From positions 1-29,597 of the forward strand of contig JAJHRB010000013.1 of assembly GCA_020833025.1 (NCBI GenBank): 29,597 bases of DNA, read 5' to 3'. The position numbers and the translations under genes are program-made. This stretch comes from Thermoproteaceae archaeon. Lineage in GTDB: Archaea; Thermoproteota; Thermoprotei; Thermoproteales; Thermoproteaceae. The notes beneath the pieces were generated by a model. That model saw nothing but the letters and a program-made list of their open reading frames with translations. It did not search any database and was not told the DNA's origin. This document shows, one piece after another, positions 1 to 7,513 of this stretch (its first letter is position 1; each line of letters begins with the position of its first letter).

Positions 1-86
1 AAGGTGGCACCAGTGTCCACGAGCACTCTCTCCATGACGAGCTCCCTCCTGCCCCGGAATACGGCAGTGACGTACACGTGGCCCAC
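1..86 (-). CDS. Retropepsin-like (clan AA) aspartyl protease, N-terminal part; runs off the window edge
   Basis: Not in the ORF track. Manual translation from GTG at 86 gives MGHVYVTAVFRGRRELVMERVLVDTGAT, with the VDTGA catalytic motif. AT-rich TATA-like box at 103-112. Confidence 0.75.
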   Translation of the reverse strand, partial: MGHVYVTAVFRGRRELVMERVLVDTGAT

Positions 87-121
87 CTCCCTGCAGCAGC
101 TCATTAATAAAAGCCTTTGTC

Positions 122-402
122 GTGAAGAAGAAGCTAACTCTATCCGTGCGCGGCGACATTGTCGACAGGGTTGGAGCAAGGCACCGCGCGCCCGGCTCGC
201 TGAGCGCGCTCGTCGAGGACTTCCTCGAGACCCTCGACGGAGAGAGCCTCGCGGACTCGCTGTGCAGCGAGCTGGGGATAAACTGCGAGGAGCCGCTGCT
301 GGCGCCCGGTGAGGTAATCTCGCGCCGGCCGAGATCCGCGGGGGCCCGGACACGTCAGAGCTCGTGATGGAGCTTAGGAGGGAGAGGGCGGAGAGGCTCT
401 GA
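122..402 (+). pseudogene. Putative antitoxin (small DNA-binding type), frameshifted at the G5 run at 340-344
   Basis: MKKKLTLSV-type N-terminus, directly upstream of a PIN gene. One extra G gives ...GPDTSELVMELRRERAERL* ending at 402, 1 nt before the PIN start. Confidence 0.6.
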
Positions 403-403
403 C

Positions 404-855
404 GTGAGTTCCGTGGCGCATCTTGACACGAGCGCGCTCGTCAAGCGCTACGTTGAGGAGAGGGGCTCCGAGGGGGTCGACAGGCTCTTCGACTCGGCGT
501 ATAGAGGGCGTGCGATTCTAGCGCTGTCAATCTTTAACGTCGAGGCCGCGTGCGCGCTCGACAAGGGGCGAGAAGGGGCGAGCTGGCGGGGAGCGCGCAG
601 AGCGCCGTCTCGTTAATGCTGAGAGAGGTCAGAACGCCGGCGCGGCTGGGCAGCCTGAGGCTGGTGCCCCTTACGAGCAGGATTCTGAAAGACTCTATAA
701 GCGTGGCGCTCAGGCGCCACATTTACATGGCGGACGCCCTGCAGACGGCCGGCTGCGCGCACGTGCGCTGCGATGTGCTCTATACTGCTGATAGTGAGCT
801 CGCCAAGGCTGCCACTAATGAGGGCCTAAAGGTCGTGATGATCGGCGGGCTCTAG
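404..855 (+). pseudogene. vapC: PIN-domain (VapC-like) toxin, frameshifted near the G4 run at ~564-568
   Basis: LDTSALVKRY (404..616 frame) and YMADALQ...LYTADSEL (550..855 frame) are the two halves of a PIN domain in different frames. Confidence 0.75.
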
Positions 856-1187
856 CGCGCGGCCGCCCTCAGCTCCTCGACGACCCTCCTCCTGAGCCCG
901 TCCTCCGAGCGCCCAGCGCCGTACGCCGAGACGTACTGCCGCAGGAGGGCCGGGAGGACGGTGCTGACCACTCTCTCGCGGTCCCTCTCAATGGCCTCCC
1001 TCAGCCTCCTGCAGTTGACGCCGCCGTAATCGGCGTAGTACATCGAGAACGCCCTGTCCAGGTAGTCATAGACCGGGTGGGAGGCGCCGCCCCTCTCCAC
1101 GTCGAGGGCCAGCCTGTGGAGGCCCCAGCCCTCAAGTATTCTCAGCACCTCCGAGTGCAGCATGAAGAAGATCACCTCCTTGCTCAT
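852..1187 (-). CDS. Hypothetical protein, 111 aa
   Basis: Natural-looking composition, TATA-like box at ~1207-1217, stop codon overlapping the PIN stop at CTAG. Confidence 0.65.
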   Translation of the reverse strand: MSKEVIFFMLHSEVLRILEGWGLHRLALDVERGGASHPVYDYLDRAFSMYYADYGGVNCRRLREAIERDRERVVSTVLPALLRQYVSAYGAGRSEDGLRRRVVEELRAAAR

Positions 1188-1362
1188 GCGCGGCCGCGCG
1201 CTCGCGAATAAATTATTTTCGCGCGCGATGTCCCGTGGAGCGCGGCCAGACCCTCGTGATCGAGGGCCTCGGGCCCTTCATTTCAACCCTTCTCTTGAGA
1301 TTCCCCTATGTTGTTTGTCTTCACCCCTCTTAAGCTTTTTGTCCCTCTTCGCCGCCGCGCGC

Positions 1363-2493
1363 TCAGTAATTGACGACTGCGAAAGACAGCAGCCTCAGCA
1401 CGTCTCCCGCCTCAAGCGCCACGTCTCCCGGGATTAGCACGTGGTGGTTTGCCGGCGCCACTCTCTCCAGCTCCACCTCCCTCTCCAGCCTTACAAGCGC
1501 CTGCGTCCTGCACGCCCTCTCCACTATCGCTCCGCTTTTCTCGAGCGCCGCGCGCCCCACGGCCGCCCTGTCGAAGTGCGGCGACACGGAGACCAGAGTG
1601 TAGACGCCGGGCCTCAGCTCGCCTGCGATGGCGTGCGGGAGCCCCGACTCAAAGTGCGCCGCGACCCTCCACGACTTGAGCAGGTCGAGGGAAGCTGTGC
1701 AGTGCGCGAGGAGCACCTCCCTGCCCCTCCTGTAGACGACGTTTGCAATCCACCCGCTGGTTCCCGCCAGCCGCCTGGACAAGAGCATCGCCAGGCCGGC
1801 GGCGAGGTCGCCCTCGCACGCGACGGCGATTCCGCGCGCGTTTAGAGCCGCCAGTGCGAGACACGGCGTGAATCCCAGCCTCGCGAGGAGGGGGAAGCAC
1901 TGGAGGGCGATCAGCTCCGCGCCTTCCGCCACCTTTCTGATCGCGGCCGCAACTCTCGCGGCCCTCTCGTCGCCGAGCGCTCTCAGCGCGTCGGCATCGG
2001 GCTCCGCCGCGCTTATCGCGCTCTCGAACTTCTGAAGCGGCACGAAATCAACAGACCACCCGAGCCTCTCCCCGGCCCTCCTGGCGTGCCGCGCGTCAAC
2101 GCCTACCAGCACGGCCCTCACCCCGACGAGGGACGAGGCGGCCCGGGCCACGCGGGCGGCCCCCGCCACGACGCCGCGGCACTCTGCCAGAGACGGGCAC
2201 TGGTAGACCACGGCTGGGAGCCCCATTGCCTCCAGCTCGGCTCTCGCGTGGAGGGCGCTCGCGAGGCCGTTATGCTCCCCCACGCCGACGAGGACGGCGC
2301 CCCGCGCGCCGCTCCTCTGCACGAGCTCGAGGGCGGCTTGCGCCGTCCCGCCCGTCGCGTGCACTATCAGCGGGTAGGCCTCCCCCTCCGGGCTCTCAGG
2401 GTTCTTGAGCCGGCCGGCGCCCTCCCTCACGAGCTCCTCTGCCTCCGACAGGTACCTCGCGTCGTGGAGCCTAGAGGCGAGGAGGTACGCCAC
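1363..2493 (-). CDS. L-fucose/L-arabinose isomerase-like protein
   Basis: ACEGD, HCT, CRTQ and NHH motifs typical of this family. Start placed at GTG 2493 from TATA spacing (track start 2511). Confidence 0.65.
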   Translation of the reverse strand: MAYLLASRLHDARYLSEAEELVREGAGRLKNPESPEGEAYPLIVHATGGTAQAALELVQRSGARGAVLVGVGEHNGLASALHARAELEAMGLPAVVYQCPSLAECRGVVAGAARVARAASSLVGVRAVLVGVDARHARRAGERLGWSVDFVPLQKFESAISAAEPDADALRALGDERAARVAAAIRKVAEGAELIALQCFPLLARLGFTPCLALAALNARGIAVACEGDLAAGLAMLLSRRLAGTSGWIANVVYRRGREVLLAHCTASLDLLKSWRVAAHFESGLPHAIAGELRPGVYTLVSVSPHFDRAAVGRAALEKSGAIVERACRTQALVRLEREVELERVAPANHHVLIPGDVALEAGDVLRLLSFAVVNY

Positions 2494-2515
2494 GCGAGCG
2501 GGCTGCCGCACATAC

Positions 2516-2525
2516 TATAAAAATA
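2516..2525. promoter_or_regulatory. TATA-like box TATAAAAATA, probably shared by two divergent genes
   Basis: Only AT-rich block between the divergent genes; in-frame GTGs at 2493 (-) and 2550 (+) lie about 23-25 nt from it. Confidence 0.5.
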
Positions 2526-4343
2526 TCAGCCGTGGCTGGCGTGGGCTCGGTGAAGCCGAGGCTGGTCGTCTACGCCCCGCCCGGCGTGGGGCCGGTGGAG
2601 ATTCCCGAGTTCGACGTGACGTGGCTGGCCGTGGAGGTGGACGTGCTCCCGTTTCTCGACCCCGTCAGGGGGCAGTGCAAGGCAGACAGGGCGCTCAGGG
2701 CTCTCGCTGCCGGCGTCGCCGAGCCGACGGTCTTCGTGCTCGAGTGTGACGGCTACTACCCGGGCTACAACTTCGTCTTCGGCCTCGCGGACCCGGCGCT
2801 CATGACTGCCGTGGTCTTCACGGCGAGACTGCGCGGCCCGCTCTTTGAGGAGAGGCTGGCGAAGGAGATCACGCACGAGGCCGGGCTGCGGGGCGGGGTA
2901 AAAAATGGGGTGTCTCTTCATGAGTTCCTTGGCGATCTCCCTCTGTCTCGGCGTCCCGCTTTTTGCCTTTTCTGCGAGGTACATCGCTATCGCTCTCCTG
3001 ATCTCGACGTCCCTCTCTGCCAGCTTTAGGAGGTCTGCCATTGATATATATACGGCATATTTCGGGCCGGATCTCGCGACGTTCGGCCCAAGCCCTGCTG
3101 ACTCGAGCCTGCTGGCGACTTGCAGCGCTTTCTTGAGGTCGCTGACGTAGCGCCTGGCCAGCAGCGAGCCGGCCCTACCGCTGGCGAGGTGCAGTGACAT
3201 CTCAACGCCGGCGACGACTAACGCGTCACTCCCTCGCCTGCCTGCTGCCGCTACCGTACTAGCTGTTGGCACGCTATCAATCCATCTATATGTCTCTCTG
3301 AGGACGTCTATACTTCTCTTTCTCATTCCCAGCTTGTAGGCCGCCCTGAAGGCCTCATCCGTGGCCAGCTTTATCTCGACCCACTTGTGGGATCTGAGAA
3401 GATCGAGCAGCTCGCCGTACGCGCCGGCCGCCTCTCTGAGCTTCACAAACGCCTCCCTGCCGGTGGCGACGAGAGCCTCCTCTGCGCTGATTGTCGAGCC
3501 CAGCCTCCAGGGCTCCCTAGCTGCAATCACCAGTTTGTATCTGCTATGTAAAACCTCCTTTTGTTTGGCCTCTCCGTCTCCCAGCCACATCGCCAGCAGC
3601 GGCGTCCACTCCCCTCGTCTGAGATTCTCCGTGACCAGGCCTATCGCCTCTTCCTTGCCCCACTTCTGCTCCCAGCTCTTTGCCCTGATATGTATCAACA
3701 CGCTTACTCCCTCGCGAGTCAGGTTAACCTTGCCAACGCGCACGCGAAGTGCGCCATATCTCACCGCAGCCCACGCAAACACCTGCCACGGCTGTGAGGT
3801 GTCCATGACGGGCCTATCGCGCTCACAGCCCTCGTCGCTTGCCCTCCATCCCAGCTGCAGCAGCTCTAGCTTCTCCTGCGGTAGCTTCAAGACGGCAGGA
3901 AAGTGCACATCGGCGCTGACGCCGTGTATTGCGAGACGCGGCGCGGCTCTCTCACTCACGTAAATCCACGTCCCGTCCGGCGCGTACAGCCTCTTGCCCT
4001 CTATTTTGTAAACGCCCTCGGCGACGGCCCTGTGTATCGATGTCAGCTTTGCCCTTGCCTGCACCCACGCCTCGTGCAGCAGCCGCTTCAGCGTGTCCCT
4101 GAAGTGTATGAGCTGTCTCCTCTCCTCCTCCAAGAGCGGAAATGTCTCTACGATCCTCTGCACAGCGTAATCGACGTAGGCAGTCCACGCCGGGAATGCC
4201 CAGTCCAGCGGGCCGTGGAGGACTCCGTGTTTGGAGACCCGCTCGAGCACCTCCTCGGTGGTGGGCGGCCTCCCGGCGGGCCTAAGCGCGAGCTCGATGC
4301 GCTGCCTGAGCTCCTCCACGCTGGCCGCGGCACTCCCCTCCAT
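2526..4343 (-). CDS. Large hypothetical protein with two degenerate LAGLIDADG-like motifs (paREP-type repeat family suspected); the last ~125 aa are read-through antisense to amzA
   Basis: ATG 4343 has a TTATATTT box at ~4372-4380. Motifs LLQLGWRASDEG (~3828-3863) and LLAMWLGDGE (~3570-3599) are about 88 aa apart. Coherent sequence ends near KRHPIF at ~2900. Confidence 0.55.
   Translation of the reverse strand: MEGSAAASVEELRQRIELALRPAGRPPTTEEVLERVSKHGVLHGPLDWAFPAWTAYVDYAVQRIVETFPLLEEERRQLIHFRDTLKRLLHEAWVQARAKLTSIHRAVAEGVYKIEGKRLYAPDGTWIYVSERAAPRLAIHGVSADVHFPAVLKLPQEKLELLQLGWRASDEGCERDRPVMDTSQPWQVFAWAAVRYGALRVRVGKVNLTREGVSVLIHIRAKSWEQKWGKEEAIGLVTENLRRGEWTPLLAMWLGDGEAKQKEVLHSRYKLVIAAREPWRLGSTISAEEALVATGREAFVKLREAAGAYGELLDLLRSHKWVEIKLATDEAFRAAYKLGMRKRSIDVLRETYRWIDSVPTASTVAAAGRRGSDALVVAGVEMSLHLASGRAGSLLARRYVSDLKKALQVASRLESAGLGPNVARSGPKYAVYISMADLLKLAERDVEIRRAIAMYLAEKAKSGTPRQREIAKELMKRHPIFYPAPQPGLVRDLLRQPLLKERAAQSRREDHGSHERRVREAEDEVVARVVAVTLEHEDRRLGDAGSESPERPVCLALPPDGVEKREHVHLHGQPRHVELGNLHRPHAGRGVDDQPRLHRAHASHG
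2550..2888 (+). pseudogene. amzA: Archaemetzincin (M54 zinc metallopeptidase), N-terminal half
   Basis: RGQCKAD, GYNFVFGLA, VFTARL and RLAKEITHEAG match the family. Similarity stops right after HEAG. Track start is 2532; 2550 preferred from TATA spacing. Confidence 0.8.
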
Positions 4344-4780
4344 GGCGCGCGGAAATGCGCCAAAATATAAGCGAGCGCGGTAAGCTGGTGCAACTGCGGT
4401 GGGCTGGAAGTTTTGGCGGGGCCACCCTCTGTGGGCAGGAGTCTTGGAACGAGGGCCTGAAGGACAGCTCCAAAAGGGGGCTAGCAGGGGCCGGCCCTCA
4501 CGGGCGCGCCCTCCGCCAGCCCGAGGAGGGAGCACAAAAGCGCCCGCGCGCTTTATGGTTCCTGTTACCCGCCCCAGGCCCCCAGCAAGCCGGCATGAAG
4601 AGAAGGGCCTACCGGGCGCTGCCGCTCAAGTACGACATAATGAGGCTGCCGCCGGAAGTTCAGCAGCTGAGGCGTCTTGCAGAGAAATTTATCCATGCAT
4701 ATAATGCAAGCAGGCGGCTGAGGGGACACGTAATCAAGCATGGAATGAGACCGCCCCACCGCCCGAAGCGCAAGCTCAAG
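2889..4780. mobile_element. ~1.9 kb insertion splitting the archaemetzincin zinc-binding motif
   Basis: Separates HEAG (2874-2885) from MHGLGHC (4781-4801) and carries two unrelated divergent ORFs. Boundaries are uncertain by a few nt. Confidence 0.7.
4595..4780 (+). pseudogene. TnpB-like (IS200/IS605 OrfB) N-terminal fragment, 62 aa, in frame with the amzA C-half
   Basis: MKRRAYRALPLKYD...LRRLAEKFIHAYN resembles the RAY...L..L...F..(V/A)YN start of TnpB proteins. TTTAT box at ~4552-4556. No RuvC or zinc ribbon present. Confidence 0.4.
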
Positions 4781-4921
4781 ATGCACGGGCTCGGCCACTG
4801 CCCCGACCCTCTCTGCGTGATGAGCTTCAGCAACACGATACGCGACGTCGACAGAAAAAACGCCCGGCTCTGCCCGCGCTGTAAGTCCAGGCTCGCGCTG
4901 CTGCTAAGCAGGCGGCGCTAG
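4781..4921 (+). pseudogene. amzA: Archaemetzincin, C-terminal half
   Basis: MHGLGHCPDPLCVMSFSNTIRDVDRKNARLCPRC contains the third zinc His, the Met-turn CVM and the family's four Cys. Confidence 0.85.
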
Positions 4922-5739
4922 CCCCTCAGCGCGTCGACGGCGACAATGGCAAGGGTCACGGCGGCTGTTATGAGCCTTATAAGCCTCTCGGGAACCCTCC
5001 TCTGCGTTGCCGCGCCCAGGTAGGCGCCGGCCAGGCCCCCGAGCCCCATGAGCGCGCCAATCACTAGGCTGGGCGCGACTCCAAGCGCTGCGTAAGTCGC
5101 CAGCGAGACGACAGACGAGCATAGCGTGCCGAAGAGCGTCGCCGCGGCTATGACGTAGGCAGGCAGCATGTAGGGCCCCTGGAGTACGGGCGACATGAAG
5201 GCGCCGCCGCCGATCCCGTACGCGCCCGCCACGACTCCCACCAGCGCTGAGATTGCGGCAATTGCGGGCAGCGAGACCGAGAAATTCGTGCCGGAGAACT
5301 CGAACTCGAGGCGCGGGAACGCCCGCGCGACTCTCACATCGGTCACCCTGTACTTGGCCCTCTTGGCGTACGCGGTGTATATCAGTACCAGCGCGAGGGC
5401 CGTGAGGACCGCGTCTATGAAAATCTTGCCGAGCCTCCCGACAAAGATGTACGCCCTCATGCAGGCCCCGGCAATGGCCCCCGCCGACAGCGCCGCGCCC
5501 AGCGTTATCGCGAGCGGCCACAGGAACCTCCTCTCTCTGTGATACCTGTATATCGCGGGCGGGCACACGAGCAGGTTGTACAGCACGTTGGTCGCGCTGA
5601 TGACCGGCGCGTAAGTGCCCAGCACGAACGCCTGCGCGGGTATCATTAGGTAGGCCCCCGTGACGCCGCCCATCGCTGTGAAGAACGCGACAAAGCACGC
5701 GATCACGCCGAGAGTGGCGCCGGCCAGCAGCTCTTCCAC
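4918..5739 (-). CDS. Sulfite exporter TauE/SafE family membrane protein
   Basis: MGGVTGA..IP and GAYGIGGGAFMSP repeats, with multiple hydrophobic helices. Confidence 0.85.
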   Translation of the reverse strand: MEELLAGATLGVIACFVAFFTAMGGVTGAYLMIPAQAFVLGTYAPVISATNVLYNLLVCPPAIYRYHRERRFLWPLAITLGAALSAGAIAGACMRAYIFVGRLGKIFIDAVLTALALVLIYTAYAKRAKYRVTDVRVARAFPRLEFEFSGTNFSVSLPAIAAISALVGVVAGAYGIGGGAFMSPVLQGPYMLPAYVIAAATLFGTLCSSVVSLATYAALGVAPSLVIGALMGLGGLAGAYLGAATQRRVPERLIRLITAAVTLAIVAVDALRG

Positions 5740-5770
5740 GTCTGCCCGCGGCAGGGCTCTCGGTTAAAGC

Positions 5771-5794
5771 TTGCTAAGCGGGCCGGCTTAGCAA
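5771..5794. promoter_or_regulatory. Perfect 9-bp inverted repeat TTGCTAAGC-N6-GCTTAGCAA, candidate operator
   Basis: Read directly; adjacent to a TTTAAC box (minus strand, 5764-5769) about 25 nt upstream of the TauE start. Confidence 0.45.
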
Positions 5795-5845
5795 AAATAA
5801 TTAAACCGCCCGGCGGGGCCGGGAGCCGGGGGCGGAAAGCGCCCT

Positions 5846-6205
5846 CTACACCCTCCAGCGCTCTACCCTCCTTGCGTGGTGGTACGCGTACGAGAACGCC
5901 GCGGCGGAGGCGGCGCCGCACGCAGCCGCGGAGAGGGCGGCCAGCTGCACGTCGCCTAGCAGCATGTAAATAGCTATTGGTATCGCGGCGACGGGCTCGA
6001 GCGTGACGAGCATAAGCAAGTAACCCAGGTACTGCATGGCGAGGGGAGCCTTCGCAGGCCCTGCCTCGGGATTGCCCGCCTCGTACCTCATTAACTTGTA
6101 GGGTGTGCGCCTCCGCGGCGCTATCAGTAAGGCAAGGTACACCGTCCCCAGCATTAGGGCAAAGAGCACCGCGAGGGCCAGGGCCACCGCCGCCAAGTCC
6201 GTCAC
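5846..6205 (-). CDS. nuoA: NADH-quinone oxidoreductase subunit A
   Basis: K..RYEAGN loop, QYLGYLLMLVTLEP, three TM helices. Own TATA-like box at 6226-6232. Confidence 0.9.
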   Translation of the reverse strand: MTDLAAVALALAVLFALMLGTVYLALLIAPRRRTPYKLMRYEAGNPEAGPAKAPLAMQYLGYLLMLVTLEPVAAIPIAIYMLLGDVQLAALSAAACGAASAAAFSYAYHHARRVERWRV

Positions 6206-6256
6206 GGCGTATCTGAGAGCGGGGGTATTAAATCGTGACTACAGAAACGGGAGTTT

Positions 6257-7513
6257 TCAGAGCCCGGCGAGCAGCGCGCTGACGGTAAGGGGCATCGCAA
6301 TACCGAGAGCCGTTGAGAGCGCGGCAGTGCACGCCGACGTGAAGTTGTCGGCAACGCGGCCGGGCGCCTCAGCTACCATTCGCAGTGCCCTCAGATAGTA
6401 CGGCGTGGCCGCCGCGCTGTTGAGGACGACCCACGAGACGAGGAATACTGCCAGGGGCAGGCTGGGGTATGCCACTATCAGCAGGACGAGGAACAGCTTC
6501 GGCCAGAACCCGAGGAGCGGCGGCAGCCCCAGCAGCGAGAGCACGTTCAGCGTGTTGAGCGCGCTCCTGCCTGGCGCTCCCGCGTCGGCAAATGCCGCCG
6601 TGAGGTAGCCGAAGACGCCGGCTTTCGCGAGGCCGGCGCTCAGCGCCTCCAGCATCACCACGAGAGCCGCGAGGTCCGCAACGCCCAGCCTCGCGCCGAG
6701 GAACTCGACGCGGCCTCCCGGGTCGCCGAGCCACCACACCAGCGCGACGGCGGCGAGCGCGTAGGACATGTGGGCTATGGACGAGTACGCCATTATCCTG
6801 CCGAGAGTCCTGGCGGCGAGCCCGGCGATGTTGGCGACGAGCATGGAGGCGAGGGAGACTATCAGCGCGACGAGGCCGACGCTGCCAGCCCCCGGCGTGC
6901 CCGCGAAGTCGCGGAAGACCGAGAGCAGCACGAAAAGCGCAGTCACCTTTGAGAGCGCGGCGAGCGCGGCGACGCCGCCAGGAGAGCCGAGGGCGTACGC
7001 GTCAACCATCCACGCGTGGCACGGGACTATGCCGAGTTCGAACATGAAGCCAAGCAGCACCATGTAGAGCCCCTGGAGCCAGCCGCAGAGCGCAAGCATG
7101 TACCCCGTCACTATTAACACCTTGCCGATGCCCGAGAATACAAGATACTTCACCGCGCCCTCGACGTTCTCCCTGACCCTGCCCATTGCCAGCATTCCGT
7201 AAATTGCTGCCGTCACTAGCGCGAGAGCGACGAGCGCGTAAATTGTGGGGCCCCCGGCGTAGTATATAATTATTGCAAGCGCCGTTGCCAGCGCGGCGAA
7301 GGCGAGCGCGAGGCCGAAGGGGCCGAGGGGCCTGTCCAGCGCGAGCGTCAGCGCGACAGCCATCACGACGAGGCCGAGCGGGAGCTGCGCGCCCGCGAAG
7401 TGCGCCAGCAGCGCCAGCGACGTTGCAATTGCCAGATAGCGCCCGTCCACTCTCAGCACGAGAGGCATGGCGAGAATGAGCGCGACCGCCAGATAGACTA
7501 AAAGGCCCGTCAT
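6257..7513 (-). CDS. nuoN: NADH-quinone oxidoreductase subunit N
   Basis: EGAVKYLV, PCHAWMVDAY, RIMAYSSIAH, GLPPLLGFWPK. Confidence 0.88.
   Translation of the reverse strand: MTGLLVYLAVALILAMPLVLRVDGRYLAIATSLALLAHFAGAQLPLGLVVMAVALTLALDRPLGPFGLALAFAALATALAIIIYYAGGPTIYALVALALVTAAIYGMLAMGRVRENVEGAVKYLVFSGIGKVLIVTGYMLALCGWLQGLYMVLLGFMFELGIVPCHAWMVDAYALGSPGGVAALAALSKVTALFVLLSVFRDFAGTPGAGSVGLVALIVSLASMLVANIAGLAARTLGRIMAYSSIAHMSYALAAVALVWWLGDPGGRVEFLGARLGVADLAALVVMLEALSAGLAKAGVFGYLTAAFADAGAPGRSALNTLNVLSLLGLPPLLGFWPKLFLVLLIVAYPSLPLAVFLVSWVVLNSAAATPYYLRALRMVAEAPGRVADNFTSACTAALSTALGIAMPLTVSALLAGL

Noticed and set aside
2889-3029. C-terminal 47 aa of track ORF 2532..3029
   Set aside because: Read-through into the insert, antisense to its ORF; not peptidase sequence.
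4570-4592. CCAGG...AGCAAG resemblance to SRP RNA helix 8
   Set aside because: Lacks the GGAA tetraloop stem and the surrounding SRP structure.
4344-4594. N-terminal extensions of track ORFs 2526..4535 and 4355..4921
   Set aside because: They span the promoter/hairpin spacer; TATA spacing supports ATG 4343 and ATG 4595.
2886-4780. Insert as a classical bulge-helix-bulge intron or an intein
   Set aside because: The best pairings (2879-2885 with 4790-4796; 2882-2896 with 4751-4765) do not put cleavage sites at frame-restoring positions. The large ORF is antisense and lacks intein terminal residues.
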